Assembly (NCBI GenBank): GCA_964594455.1
Contig: CAZQLY010000005.1
Location: 1,682-65,681 of the forward strand
Direction: 5' to 3'
Source of the DNA: an uncultured Gammaproteobacteria bacterium
GTDB taxonomy: Bacteria; Patescibacteriota; Patescibacteriia; JAHIZJ01
Length of the DNA stretch: 64,000 nt
Numbering within the stretch: the stretch's first letter is position 1; each line of letters starts with the position of its first letter. The notes beneath the pieces were generated by a model. That model had not been told where the DNA came from. It saw nothing but the letters and a program-made list of their open reading frames with translations, and made no database searches. Below, piece by piece: positions 30,003 to 39,854 of the stretch. Both the position numbers and the translations under genes were made by a program.

Positions 30003-31103
30003 CTACTCTCCTTCTTCAGCCAACTCTTCTAATAGTTTTTTTATCTTCTTGGATGGCTTGGATGGCACCCTTACCTTTACAGTAACCAGGTGGTCGCCCC
30101 GACCTCGGGTTTTCAGATATGGGACACCCTTGTCTCGTATTCTAAATACTTTGCCCGAGGGAGTGCCTGATGGAATCTTCAGAATTACTTCGCCATCAAC
30201 AGTGTTAACTGGCACTTTTCCACCTAGCGTAGCTACTGAAAAAGGTATTTCAATTGTTGATACTATATCGTTGCCTTCACGTTCGAAATCCTTATCCTCT
30301 TTCACTCTGATTCGAATATATAAATCTCCAGCCGGGGAACCTTTTAAACCCGCTTCACCGCGGCCAGCCAAACGAATTGATTGCCCGTCTGAAATGCCAG
30401 CTGGTATCCTCACCTGCATTTCATCGTGGTCTTTTACTGCACCTTGGCCTTTACATTTCTTACAGTTCTGGGAATATTTCTTGCCTTCGCCTTTGCAATC
30501 CGGACAAGCCCCAACTGTGCGCATCTGGCCCAGAATGGTATTTTGGACTCTTTCCACCTGGCCATTACCACCGCAAGTGGAGCAAGTTTCTATCTTGGTG
30601 CCGGGTTCAGCGCCATTGCCAGAACAGTGCGGGCAGGTTACTGTCTTATACAATTTCAATGGCTTAGTAGCCCCAAAAACCGCTTCGTTAAAATCAACTT
30701 GGAGTTCGACTTCTATGTCGTTACCCCGATTGGAGCGTCCTCGGGTCCGAGTCCGGCGTCCCATGCCAAACATGTCACCAAAGATATCACCTAGATCTCC
30801 AAACCCCATATCTTCAAAATTAACATTGGTTCTGTAACCGCCATTCGCACCGGCCTGCTGAGCAAAATCCTGCCAATTAAAACCCTGTGAACCATCAAAG
30901 GTTCTTCCGAATTGATCGTACTGGGCTCGTTTTTCGGGTTTGGATAACGTCTGATAGGCTTCGTTCAGTTCCTTGAACTTGGCTTCATCTCCGCCCTGCT
31001 TATCTGGGTGGTATTTATGAGCCAATTTGCGGTAAGCCGCCTTGATCTCAGCGTCAGACGCTCCCCGAGCCACTCCTAAAATATCGTAATAATCTTTTGA
31101 CAT
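30003..31103 (-). CDS. dnaJ: Chaperone DnaJ
   Basis: J-domain HPD, G/F region and four CxxCxGxG repeats. Confidence 0.98.
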   Translation of the reverse strand: MSKDYYDILGVARGASDAEIKAAYRKLAHKYHPDKQGGDEAKFKELNEAYQTLSKPEKRAQYDQFGRTFDGSQGFNWQDFAQQAGANGGYRTNVNFEDMGFGDLGDIFGDMFGMGRRTRTRGRSNRGNDIEVELQVDFNEAVFGATKPLKLYKTVTCPHCSGNGAEPGTKIETCSTCGGNGQVERVQNTILGQMRTVGACPDCKGEGKKYSQNCKKCKGQGAVKDHDEMQVRIPAGISDGQSIRLAGRGEAGLKGSPAGDLYIRIRVKEDKDFEREGNDIVSTIEIPFSVATLGGKVPVNTVDGEVILKIPSGTPSGKVFRIRDKGVPYLKTRGRGDHLVTVKVRVPSKPSKKIKKLLEELAEEGE

Positions 31104-31107
31104 AAGT

Positions 31108-32235
31108 TTAGACTAGCTTTATCACCTGGGCTTTTTTTACTTCTTCTTCAATCTTAAACATCTTGGCCATTTTCAAAATTCCAAACACGATTATGGCCAG
31201 CAACCGCGCAATCCAAACATAGAGAAAACCGAAAATCTGCAAAGCAAAATATAGAGTCAGGGCTAATATCGGCGGGATCAAATATTTAAACGGTGAAAAG
31301 ATATCATCCAGTTGGACATGAACGGCTTTTTCCACCACACTGCCGACTGAATCAGTGCCTTCAGCTTCTATGTTTAAAGTCTTCAGAAGTTCATCCCGCA
31401 CTTCAGCTAATTGCATAATAATTAATTCATTCTTAATCTGTTCGTAAACATCAGTAATATACTCTGGATTATCTTTTACTTTTTCTTCAAAATCTGGCGG
31501 CAACAAGGCTTTTAAATCTTCCGTGGATATATCATCGGCATTCTCCATAACGCCGGACAAATCCACTCCAAAAAAACTATCGCTTTGCGTTGAATTATCC
31601 TCAGCTGCTTTGGTTTCATTGAGCTTAGTGGCAAACAGCAACAGCATGAACTCATCCAGGGACATATTTGGATCATAGCCAGGAACCTGGATAGCCAGAG
31701 CCTGATTAGCGCCATTGGATGCTACCCGAGACAAAACGTCTATTGGATCCATCTTCTCGGTTCCTTGATCCACTACTGTGCCATAAAAGCTTATAGATAT
31801 CGCCAGAATAGTCGCGCTGATAGCCAAGCCCAATCCATGTCTCAAGTATTTATTAATCGAAACCTTCAGCCTTTCTTGTCGCTCTTCCCTCACCTTATAG
31901 CCAAACTGGATCAATCCAGCCAGCCAGATCACCGCACCGATTAAGGTATAAATAGAAACGCCCAGCATAGCCATCAGAGACAGCGGCAAGATTATTCCCA
32001 AAGCCAGCTTGAACCAGTTTCTGGACTCCAGGGCTGATACAACGCCATACAAAGCTAATACCAGCAATAGAATCAGCAGAGATAGGATGAAGTTAATTAA
32101 GACGCCCCAGCCGGGAATAGCTAAAGATAACTGTAAGTCTGAAAAGACCGAGCGCAGCATCCACCAGCCAAATACACTGACCAGTAGAATAACCGCGCCA
32201 AGTCCGACCAGTTTTTTTATTTCTTTTTGATTCAT
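31108..32235 (-). CDS. Multi-pass membrane hypothetical protein within the dnaK-dnaJ operon
   Basis: About 5 N-terminal TMs, an acidic extracytoplasmic loop and a C-terminal TM. Confidence 0.75.
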   Translation of the reverse strand: MNQKEIKKLVGLGAVILLVSVFGWWMLRSVFSDLQLSLAIPGWGVLINFILSLLILLLVLALYGVVSALESRNWFKLALGIILPLSLMAMLGVSIYTLIGAVIWLAGLIQFGYKVREERQERLKVSINKYLRHGLGLAISATILAISISFYGTVVDQGTEKMDPIDVLSRVASNGANQALAIQVPGYDPNMSLDEFMLLLFATKLNETKAAEDNSTQSDSFFGVDLSGVMENADDISTEDLKALLPPDFEEKVKDNPEYITDVYEQIKNELIIMQLAEVRDELLKTLNIEAEGTDSVGSVVEKAVHVQLDDIFSPFKYLIPPILALTLYFALQIFGFLYVWIARLLAIIVFGILKMAKMFKIEEEVKKAQVIKLV

Positions 32236-32252
32236 ATAGCTTGAAACTATTT

Positions 32253-32561
32253 TTATGCGGTGTTGAATCCGATCGGCTCAGGCGCCTTAGCTTCTTCAAC
32301 TTTGCCAAACTGGTTCTCGTATTTCTTCAGATTGTCCTGCAAGGCGGAAATAATCCGTTTCATGTGTCCTGGGGAAATTATAATACGTCCGTTGACAATT
32401 CCCGCACCCTGATGCGGATAAATGTTCATAAAGTCCAGAGTAAATTCCTCTTTGGAATGAACGACTGACATGGCATTGGCATACACGCCTTTCATGGTCT
32501 CATCCGGAATCTTGATCTGGATTTGACGTTTTTGTTGGTTGGGTTGGGGTTGGTTGTTCAT
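32253..32561 (-). CDS. DUF3467 family protein
   Basis: GVYAN....HSKEEFTLDF and RIIISPGHMKRIISALQDNLKKYE. Confidence 0.85.
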   Translation of the reverse strand: MNNQPQPNQQKRQIQIKIPDETMKGVYANAMSVVHSKEEFTLDFMNIYPHQGAGIVNGRIIISPGHMKRIISALQDNLKKYENQFGKVEEAKAPEPIGFNTA

Positions 32562-32598
32562 GTGAATATTTTAGTGTATGAAGCATGGGAACAATTCA

Positions 32599-32628
32599 CG
32601 TAGGCGAACAAGCGCTTGTTCGCCTACG
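32599..32628. repeat. Perfect 30-bp palindrome, GTAG-family REP-like
   Basis: CGTAGGCGAACAAGC|GCTTGTTCGCCTACG. Confidence 0.85.
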
Positions 32629-32660
32629 GTTATATTTCAATTTATTTTCGTATATTGTAC

Positions 32661-32770
32661 CTCTCCACAAGCCTGCCCCGCCGCATGGCGGGAGTCGAGG
32701 AATATTTATTTTAATATCTCTCGACTGACTATGAACCTGAACGAAGTGAATGGTTCATGGGAATGGAGAG
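32661..32770. repeat. Composite multi-hairpin repeat downstream of dnaK
   Basis: CTCTCCA...TGGAGAG encloses CCCGCC-GCAT-GGCGGG, AGTCGAG..AATAT/ATATT..CTCGACT and ATGAACC...GGTTCAT hairpins. Confidence 0.6.
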
Positions 32771-32779
32771 ACACCTCTA

Positions 32780-34702
32780 TTACTTTTTAGGATCTTCTAC
32801 TTCGCCTTCGACCGGGCCTTCATCCTTTTTGTCCTTTTTTTCATCCTTCGATGGCTCAGCTGGACCGGCTCCTGGCGGAGGTGGAGTTTGACCGGGTTGG
32901 CCCTGCTGGCCATACATAGCTTGACCGATCTTCTGAGCGGCCTGGCTCAATTCTTCCGTGGCCTTCTTGATTGCTGCCAAGTCACTGCCGTCTTTCACCT
33001 TTTTCAGGGCTTCAACTTTTGTTTCTATTTCTTTCTTGTCATTATCCTTGATCTTGTCTTTGGCATCTTTGACCGCTTTTTCTGCAGTGTATATTAACGT
33101 ATCAGCCATGTTTCGAGCATCAATCATTTCTTTTTTCTTCTTATCCTCGTCAGCATGAGCTTCAGCGTCTTTTTTCATCTTTTCTACTTCATCTTCTGAC
33201 AAGCTAGTTGAGGCTTGGATAGTGATATTCTGTGACTTACCGGTAGCTTTATCTTTGGCTGTTACTTTCAGGATACCATTGGCGTCAATGTCAAAGGTTA
33301 CTTCGATCTGCGGTACGCCTCTGGGTGCTGGCGGTATGCCATCCAGGATGAACCGGCCTAGGGTTTTATTGTCACTGGCCATTTCGCGCTCACCCTGCAA
33401 TACGTGAATTTCAACTGTGGACTGACTGTCAGCAGCAGTTGAGAATACCTGACTCTTGGAGGTCGGGATAGTGGTGTTGCGTTCAATTAATGGCGTACGC
33501 ACTCCACCCAGAGTCTCTAATCCAAATGTCAGCGGCGTGACATCTAACAGCAATACATCTTTGACATCACCCTGTAATACACCAGCTTGAACAGCCGCGC
33601 CAATGGCTACAACTTCATCCGGATTAACGCCTAAGTGAGGCTTCTTGCCAAAGAATTTTTCAACTGTTGACTGAACCAGAGGCATTCTAGTTTGTCCGCC
33701 AACTAAGATCACTTCCTCAATATCTTCCGGCTTCATCTTGGCATCATTCAAAGCTTTTTTGACCGGATCCAGAGTAGCTTCAACCAAATCACCTACTAGT
33801 TCTTCCAGCTTGGCTCGAGACATCTTTAAGACCAAATGTTTTGGTCCGGAAGCGTCCTGGGTGATAAACGGCTGGTTTATCTCAGTCTCAGAAGAGGTTG
33901 AGAGCTCAGTTTTGGCCTTCTCAGCCGCTTCTTTCAGCCGCTGGAGGGCTAATTGGTCATTGGACAGATCTATGCCCTGATCCTTCTTAAATTCCTCAAT
34001 TATCCAATCGATTATCTTCTTATCAAAGTCATCACCTCCCAAGTGTGTATCGCCGTTGGTTGATTTCACTTCCACGGTATCTTCAGAAACATCCAAAATA
34101 GAAATGTCAAAAGTACCGCCCCCCAAGTCGTAGACTGCGATCTGTTGACCTTTCTTTTTTTCAAAACCATAGGCCAAGGCGGCGGCGGTCGGCTCGTTGA
34201 TAATGCGTTTGACGTTCAAGCCGGCGATCTTACCCGCGTCCTTGGTGGCTTGACGCTGGGAATCATCGAAATAAGCCGGAACAGTAATAACTACGTCCTC
34301 AATCTTTTCGCCCAGCTTCTCTTCAGCATCCGCCTTTAGCTTCTGCAAAATCATGGCTGAGACTTCCTGCGGCGTATGGTCTTTGCCATTCATGGCCACA
34401 GCTACGCCTTCGCCTGATTGTTTAATCTTGTAGGGTAACGTTTTTACGTCTTGTTGAACTTCTTCATCCTCAAACCGGCGTCCGATCAAACGCTTAATTG
34501 AAAAGATGGTGTTCTCCGGATTGGTTACGGCTTGGCGCTTGGCTGTCGTACCGACCAGTCGTTCACCGCTTTTGGAAATAGCTACTACAGAAGGGGTGGT
34601 TCTAGCACCTTCCTTGTTTTCTAATACTTTAGGCTTTCCCCCTTCTATCACTGCCATAGCGGAGTTAGTCGTACCCAAATCAATTCCTAAAATTTTCGGC
34701 AT
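32780..34702 (-). CDS. dnaK: Chaperone DnaK
   Basis: [23 protein letters not shown] and VGGQTRMP motifs. Confidence 0.99.
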   Translation of the reverse strand: MPKILGIDLGTTNSAMAVIEGGKPKVLENKEGARTTPSVVAISKSGERLVGTTAKRQAVTNPENTIFSIKRLIGRRFEDEEVQQDVKTLPYKIKQSGEGVAVAMNGKDHTPQEVSAMILQKLKADAEEKLGEKIEDVVITVPAYFDDSQRQATKDAGKIAGLNVKRIINEPTAAALAYGFEKKKGQQIAVYDLGGGTFDISILDVSEDTVEVKSTNGDTHLGGDDFDKKIIDWIIEEFKKDQGIDLSNDQLALQRLKEAAEKAKTELSTSSETEINQPFITQDASGPKHLVLKMSRAKLEELVGDLVEATLDPVKKALNDAKMKPEDIEEVILVGGQTRMPLVQSTVEKFFGKKPHLGVNPDEVVAIGAAVQAGVLQGDVKDVLLLDVTPLTFGLETLGGVRTPLIERNTTIPTSKSQVFSTAADSQSTVEIHVLQGEREMASDNKTLGRFILDGIPPAPRGVPQIEVTFDIDANGILKVTAKDKATGKSQNITIQASTSLSEDEVEKMKKDAEAHADEDKKKKEMIDARNMADTLIYTAEKAVKDAKDKIKDNDKKEIETKVEALKKVKDGSDLAAIKKATEELSQAAQKIGQAMYGQQGQPGQTPPPPGAGPAEPSKDEKKDKKDEGPVEGEVEDPKK

Positions 34703-34728
34703 TTTTTATTCTCCTTAATTTATCTAAT

Positions 34729-34908
34729 TTACTTTTTATAATTTGGATTCTTGCGCCAGTGGCCGGCTATCTTCTGACCTTTTCTTATGTAGGCTCCGAC
34801 CCAGTATTTCTTGCGCGTGCCGGCTGCTGGCGATTTATGGACATCTGACTTGGAATACTTGCGGCCAGTCGCCCTTTCTTTTTTCCAAATTCCAAGTGAC
34901 TTTTTCAT
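34729..34908 (-). CDS. Small basic protein (59 aa), below the ORF-track cutoff
   Basis: Manually translated: MKKSLGIWKKERATGRKYSKSDVHKSPAAGTRKKYWVGAYIRKGQKIAGHWRKNPNYKK*. SD AGGGGG 5 nt upstream; co-oriented between hsp20 and dnaK. Confidence 0.7.
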   Translation of the reverse strand: MKKSLGIWKKERATGRKYSKSDVHKSPAAGTRKKYWVGAYIRKGQKIAGHWRKNPNYKK

Positions 34909-34943
34909 ACTTTCCCCCTGAGGATTTAATAATCAACCCATGC

Positions 34944-34969
34944 CCCGCCTCGATTCAGATCAAGGCGGG
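34944..34969. repeat. Short member of the CCCGCCT...AGGCGGG hairpin family
   Basis: CCCGCCTCGAT-TCAG-ATCAAGGCGGG; same termini as the tRNA inserts. Confidence 0.6.
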
Positions 34970-34981
34970 AATATTGACCGA

Positions 34982-35416
34982 TTATTTCTTCTGGGCTTTT
35001 GATTTTACCTGGACCTTGATGCTCTTAGGTTTTACGCGCTCTTCTTTCGGCACCGTGATCTTCAGGACGCCATTTTCAAATACTGCTTGCGCCTTATCAC
35101 CTTTTACCGAAGTAGGCAGAGCTATCGCCCGATGAAAAGAACCGGAGCGGATTTCTTTGCGGTAATACTCTTTGTCTTCCACTTCGCTCTTTTTTTCCGA
35201 CTTTCCTTCAATCGTCATAACGTCGTTTTCTATGGAGATATTGACGTCATTGGGATCAACACCCGCTAGGGTGGTTTCAACCACTACGTTGTCTTTGTCT
35301 TGATAAACGTCTATCGCGGGTACAAACCCCCGGCCGGAATTGGGCATGAGTTCTTCCATCATTCTGTCCATATCTTCCCAGGGCTCCATTAATGGTTTCC
35401 ATTTGATCATTCTCAT
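34982..35416 (-). CDS. Hsp20/alpha-crystallin small heat shock protein
   Basis: PAIDVYQ, RKEIRSGSFHRAIALP, FENGVLKITVPK and a C-terminal IxV motif. Confidence 0.95.
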   Translation of the reverse strand: MRMIKWKPLMEPWEDMDRMMEELMPNSGRGFVPAIDVYQDKDNVVVETTLAGVDPNDVNISIENDVMTIEGKSEKKSEVEDKEYYRKEIRSGSFHRAIALPTSVKGDKAQAVFENGVLKITVPKEERVKPKSIKVQVKSKAQKK

Positions 35417-35437
35417 GGTTTGTCTCCTCCTTTTTAA

Positions 35438-35926
35438 TTATTTAGATACTTTGACCCGGGCTGGTTGAATGACCTTGCCATTCAGTGTAAAGCCCGATTT
35501 TAATTCTTCAATGATTGAGCCAGATGGCTGATCGCTTTCCACTTGTTCTACTGCCTCGTGTAATTCTGGGTTAAATTTCTCATTTTCGGTTTCAATCTCT
35601 TTTACCCCGTTGTAGGCTAAGGTTTTATCCAGGCTTGACTGGATATGCCTGATTCCTTCCACCCAGTCATTGCTCTTCAAATCATCTGGAATATGCTTGA
35701 AGGCTTGTTTGAAATGATCAATGATCGGCAATAATTCTCTGATTAAATCTTCGTTGGCATATTTGGCAAAATCCAGCTGCCGCTTCTCTACTTCTTTCTG
35801 AAGGTTCAGATAATCAGCCTTGGCTCGCTTCCAGCCATCCAGATACTCTTCAGTTTTTTTCTTTAAATTTTCTATTTCGCTGGTTTTATTATCTTTGGGA
35901 GCTGGCTGCTTCGTCTTTTCACTCAT
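35438..35926 (-). CDS. grpE: Nucleotide exchange factor GrpE
   Basis: WKRAKADYLN, LLPIID, FNPELHEAV and GFTLNGKVIQPARVKV motifs. Confidence 0.96.
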   Translation of the reverse strand: MSEKTKQPAPKDNKTSEIENLKKKTEEYLDGWKRAKADYLNLQKEVEKRQLDFAKYANEDLIRELLPIIDHFKQAFKHIPDDLKSNDWVEGIRHIQSSLDKTLAYNGVKEIETENEKFNPELHEAVEQVESDQPSGSIIEELKSGFTLNGKVIQPARVKVSK

Positions 35927-35931
35927 CTGTC

Positions 35932-36627
35932 TTATTTACTTAATAAATCTTTAGCAAATTTCAAAAGGGCTCTATTTTCTGCGTAAGGCATTCGCACCGG
36001 CCCCAAAATCCCAAACATCCCTGTCTGATCCTGGTTTTGGTATTTTGTAAGCAGTACGCCGCACAGCTGACCAAAAGGATTATCTCGCCCTACTAGTATC
36101 CGAACATCGCTATCAACTTGCGGGAATAATACTTCCATCACCTCATCCAGTTTATCAATAACCTCAGAGAAATTGTGTATCAGATCCATCTCGACAAATT
36201 CCGGTTGACGAAACAAATTAGACAGGCCGGTATAATAAACATCCCGCGGTGAAAAACCAACTATGACTGCTTCGTTAGAAAGCTCGGCCACGCCTTTCGC
36301 TAATTCTCGAATCAACTGGCTAGACTGATCAGCGTGAGTTTTCTTTATCTTTTCTAAGAGTTGCCGACCAGGTTGCCCTAAATGGATATCTTTCAAAAAA
36401 TTCTTGACGTAAAACTCATATGCCTTAGTCGTAGGGATACGGCCAGCAGAGGTATGCGGCTGTTCAATTAGTCCTTCCTTCTCCAGTTTATTCATCTCAC
36501 TTCTTACAGTGGCCGAGCTAACCGCTTTTAAATACTTATCAACAATAACCTTTGACCCAACTGGGCGTGAATATCTGATATGTTCGTTAATAATAGCCAG
36601 TAATAGTTCTTTTTCCCTATCTGTCAT
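35932..36627 (-). CDS. hrcA: Heat-inducible transcription repressor HrcA (short form)
   Basis: PVGSK, SSATVRSEM, QPHTSAGRIPT and GILGPVRMPY motifs; CIRCE directly upstream. Confidence 0.95.
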   Translation of the reverse strand: MTDREKELLLAIINEHIRYSRPVGSKVIVDKYLKAVSSATVRSEMNKLEKEGLIEQPHTSAGRIPTTKAYEFYVKNFLKDIHLGQPGRQLLEKIKKTHADQSSQLIRELAKGVAELSNEAVIVGFSPRDVYYTGLSNLFRQPEFVEMDLIHNFSEVIDKLDEVMEVLFPQVDSDVRILVGRDNPFGQLCGVLLTKYQNQDQTGMFGILGPVRMPYAENRALLKFAKDLLSK

Positions 36628-36647
36628 GTTTTTATTCAGTCAATCTG

Positions 36648-36674
36648 TTAGCACTCCCCTTATTTGAGTGCTAA
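36648..36674. promoter_or_regulatory. CIRCE operator
   Basis: Perfect TTAGCACTC-N9-GAGTGCTAA upstream of hrcA. Confidence 0.97.
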
Positions 36675-36678
36675 ATGT

Positions 36679-36707
36679 ATTCTACAACGCACCAAAATGG
36701 CTGTCAA
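36679..36707 (-). promoter_or_regulatory. Sigma70 promoter of the hrcA operon
   Basis: TTGACA-N17-TAGAAT immediately upstream of CIRCE. Confidence 0.85.
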
Positions 36708-36752
36708 GAATCAGGCAGCCGATTGTGACCCCCTCCCCTTTTTGGTGTTATC

Positions 36753-37904
36753 CTAGCGCTTTTTTCTTTTCTTCTTTCTTTTTTTGGGCTGTTTGGCTAA
36801 TACTTCTTTATAAAACTTCTCTATCTGTGCGGTTATTCTAGGCCAAGAATATTGCATGGCTGTGGCTCGGCCCTTTTTACTCAGCCTTTGTCTTAAGCTT
36901 TTATTGCCTATTAACTCGATGAGTTTTTCGGCTATCTTCATGGGGTATTCTTTGGGCACCAATATCCCATCTGCTCCATTTTTCACTACTGCGCTATAGC
37001 CTTGGATATCTGAAGCCAGGACAGGCGTGCCAGTAGCCATAGCCTCTATTAAGACGATACCAAAGCTTTCACCTCCAGTGGCCGGTGAAACGTAAACATC
37101 AGCTGTACGGTAATATTGCGGTAATTCTTCGGCAGTAACAAATCCCGTAAATATAATCCGATCGCGGATTTCCCGCTTGATATAGTTTTTATAATATTCC
37201 TGTAATGCTCCCCCACCTACCACAATTAATCTTGTTTTGGGCACAGCTGCTAAAACAGTAGGCATGGCCTGAAGCAAATACCTTAAGCCTTTTCGAGGAT
37301 CTAAACGACCGACAAACAAGAGGTTGTTATAACCATCTTTAAATTTCTTGATCGGTTTGACCCTGGGATTGAAACGATCCGTATCAACTCCGTTGGGAAT
37401 TATCCGATATTCACCAGGAAAATATCTCAGAATAAATTCTTTCGCCGCTGGTGACACCGCTATGCGGCCATCCAACATATCAATATACTTTTTGATCGGC
37501 TTGCTAAACAAATCCAGAGCTAAACACTTGTCCATATAAGTATGAAAAGTGCCCACTTTCGGACAATCAAAAACCCGGTTGGCCAATATCGGCAAAACCG
37601 GGTCAGTCGGCTGATGGATATGGATGATGTCAAAATTCTTTTCCTTCTTAATCTTTTTTAGCTGAGAGACTATCCTCGTACCCACTGTCACATTTACAAA
37701 AGCCCGGTTAGACGGAATGGTTACGTCAAAGCCCACCCGGCAAACTCTCGGATGGTCATAGTGCTTATCCTTCTTGTTGAAGTTGGCCGTAATGATTGTC
37801 ACCTTATGGCCTAGTTTTTCCAGCTCAAGTGCGGTGTGATGGACATGTTCCGTCACCCCTCCATGGATAGGAAAATATGCTTGAGTCACTATTCCAATAC
37901 GCAT
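36753..37904 (-). CDS. Glycosyltransferase family 4 (PimA-like)
   Basis: GGVTEHV, VGTFHT, FVGRLDPRKG and GGESFGIVLIEAMA motifs. Confidence 0.9.
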   Translation of the reverse strand: MRIGIVTQAYFPIHGGVTEHVHHTALELEKLGHKVTIITANFNKKDKHYDHPRVCRVGFDVTIPSNRAFVNVTVGTRIVSQLKKIKKEKNFDIIHIHQPTDPVLPILANRVFDCPKVGTFHTYMDKCLALDLFSKPIKKYIDMLDGRIAVSPAAKEFILRYFPGEYRIIPNGVDTDRFNPRVKPIKKFKDGYNNLLFVGRLDPRKGLRYLLQAMPTVLAAVPKTRLIVVGGGALQEYYKNYIKREIRDRIIFTGFVTAEELPQYYRTADVYVSPATGGESFGIVLIEAMATGTPVLASDIQGYSAVVKNGADGILVPKEYPMKIAEKLIELIGNKSLRQRLSKKGRATAMQYSWPRITAQIEKFYKEVLAKQPKKRKKKRKKR

Positions 37905-38064
37905 GTTCTAAATAAAAAAATTGACCACGTTCACAGGATAATTCTACTATATTTACTGTTTTTGGTAAATAAACTAATTGCTTCAATGCAAATTTGTTGA
38001 TAAACTACTGTCAGCACATTGTGATATAGTATTGACCCAAAAACCATACAGTAGGAGCGCCGTT

Positions 38065-38220
38065 ATGGAATTTCTCTACCTGTCCGATGTGGAGTTCGTC
38101 GCTCTAATCATCTGCGTTATACTGCTGAGCGGTCTGGTGCAATTCAGCAATTACTTCAGTACCTACCTCAGAAGCATCAACGAGCGGTTGAAGCAGCATT
38201 TCGCCAAACTCAAGGGTTAA
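38065..38220 (+). CDS. Small single-TM orphan protein (51 aa)
   Basis: AGGAG SD before ATG 38065; TM segment ALIICVILLSGLV; terminator CCTACCAA..TTGGTAGG-T7 follows. Confidence 0.6.
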   Translation: MEFLYLSDVEFVALIICVILLSGLVQFSNYFSTYLRSINERLKQHFAKLKG

Positions 38221-38265
38221 TAGCCTACCAACTTTGGTAGGTTTTTTTATACACAGATTAGGGTA

Positions 38266-38297
38266 TTGACAAATATTAGTTATGGGTATATATTCAT
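38266..38297 (+). promoter_or_regulatory. Sigma70 promoter with overlapping imperfect palindrome (candidate operator)
   Basis: TTGACA-N17-TATATT; ATGGGTATATATTCAT (38282-38297) overlaps the -10. Confidence 0.55.
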
Positions 38298-38325
38298 TAT
38301 GTATAATAATTAATCACCTAATATT

Positions 38326-38625
38326 ATGCCAAGATTAGACGGAACCGGTCCCCAAGGCATGGGTCCTGGCACTGGCCGGGGCCTGGGTCCTTGCGAGAGC
38401 GGTAATCGCCCAGGGAGAGGCCAGGGACGCGGTCGAGGTTTTGGCCGAGGGATGGGCATGGGTCGCGGTTTTGGCCGCACACCAGCCCAGGGCCAATACA
38501 ACGCCTCAAGCCAACCGTTATCCAAAGAGGAAGAAGTCAGCCAATTAAACCAAGAGGCTGAAGATCTAAAGGCAGAACTCCAGGATGTGGAACAGCGTCT
38601 CAAGCAACTCAAGGGCAAAAAGTAA
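38326..38625 (+). CDS. DUF5320 family protein
   Basis: MPRLDGTGPQGMGPGTGRGLGPC start, Gly/Arg-rich middle, coiled-coil C-terminus. Confidence 0.88.
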   Translation: MPRLDGTGPQGMGPGTGRGLGPCESGNRPGRGQGRGRGFGRGMGMGRGFGRTPAQGQYNASSQPLSKEEEVSQLNQEAEDLKAELQDVEQRLKQLKGKK

Positions 38626-38631
38626 ACCTTA

Positions 38632-38657
38632 AAGACCCCCTTCCCCAAGGGGGTCTT
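38632..38657. terminator. Stem-loop (terminator or repeat)
   Basis: AAGACCCCCTT-CCCC-AAGGGGGTCTT. Confidence 0.55.
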
Positions 38658-38696
38658 AGGGTTTATCCCAATTCAAATTTATCCTATAATACCTTT

Positions 38697-39854
38697 ATGC
38701 GAAATTCGAAACAATTCATGGCTACCTTATCTCTCATTCTACTGGGTGTTTTTTATATACTGCCGAATGTTGTCCAGGCTCAGGAGAACACCGATAATAT
38801 ATTCGAAGCCAAAGTAATAGAGATAGTGAAGGAAAAAGAGCTAACACGTGAAGACGGTTCTACTAATCTGCAGCAAAATTTGAAACTAGAAGGCCTGACT
38901 GGACGCTGGGAAGGTAAAGAATTTAATTTCTACGGCATTGATGAACTAGATGTTATTAACTCCAATATCTACCAGGTTGGTGACAGAGTAATGGTCAATT
39001 ATTTACAGGATGCAGAAGGTAAAGACGTATATTATGTGGTTGATTATGTCAGGCGCGGTAACTTATATTTATTGGCTATTATTTTTGCAGTCCTGGTTAT
39101 TGCTATAGGCGAATGGAAGGGCCTGAGAGCCGTTATTAGTCTGGTTGGCAGCTTTGCCGTAATAATGGGTTTCATCATTCCAAATATACTAAACGGTCAC
39201 AGTCCTCTGATGATTGGATTAATTGGCGCACTGGTGATTTTAATCTTTATCATATACATTACGGAGGGATTTAATAAAAAATCCCATATTTCTATTTTGA
39301 GTATTTTTGTCTGCCTGGTTTTAACCTACATCCTAGCCTCCATGTTCAGCTCGTTGGCACGCCTAACCGGAATGGCTCAAGAGGAAACAATGTTTCTCAT
39401 AGGAATTGGGGAAACCGCTATAGATTTCAAAGGTCTGCTGCTAACAGCGATAATAATAGGCACTTTAGGCGTTTTGGATGACGTAGTGATCAGCCAAGTT
39501 AGCTCAGTAGAACAAATAGTCAAAGCTAACCCCAACCTGTCCAGGATGAAGGTTTTCTCAATGGCTTTTGATGTGGGTAAAAGCCACTTGGCCTCAATGG
39601 TTAATACTTTATTCTTAGCCTATGCTGGTGCTTCTCTCCCCTTGCTAATATTATTCAGCGTCAATGAACCACCTTTCTTGACCTTTGGACAAGTAATAAA
39701 CAACGAGATGATAGCCACTGAAATAGTTAGAACTCTAGTCGGCAGCATTGGAATTGCCTTGGCCGTACCAATATCAACAATTTTAGCAGCCAAATATTAT
39801 ACTCAAAAAAATCATGGACCTAAACCAAACCCGATCCATAATCAAACCTCCTAA
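38697..39854 (+). CDS. YibE/F family membrane protein
   Basis: DYVRR, IGTLGVLDDVVISQ, MVNTLFLAYAGASLPL and EIVRTLVGSIG motifs. Confidence 0.92.
   Translation: MRNSKQFMATLSLILLGVFYILPNVVQAQENTDNIFEAKVIEIVKEKELTREDGSTNLQQNLKLEGLTGRWEGKEFNFYGIDELDVINSNIYQVGDRVMVNYLQDAEGKDVYYVVDYVRRGNLYLLAIIFAVLVIAIGEWKGLRAVISLVGSFAVIMGFIIPNILNGHSPLMIGLIGALVILIFIIYITEGFNKKSHISILSIFVCLVLTYILASMFSSLARLTGMAQEETMFLIGIGETAIDFKGLLLTAIIIGTLGVLDDVVISQVSSVEQIVKANPNLSRMKVFSMAFDVGKSHLASMVNTLFLAYAGASLPLLILFSVNEPPFLTFGQVINNEMIATEIVRTLVGSIGIALAVPISTILAAKYYTQKNHGPKPNPIHNQTS

Noticed and set aside
30049-30837. 262-aa plus-strand ORF
   Set aside because: Antisense shadow of dnaJ with no recognisable motifs. The same applies to 18187-18819 (opposite dnaX) and the many short antisense ORFs.
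34743-34885. Three loose repeats (…TTCTTGCGC…GCCGGCT) suggesting a mini-CRISPR or ncRNA; also ORF 34743-35135
   Set aside because: The repeats are degenerate and explained by the minus-strand 59-aa ORF. No cas genes are present.
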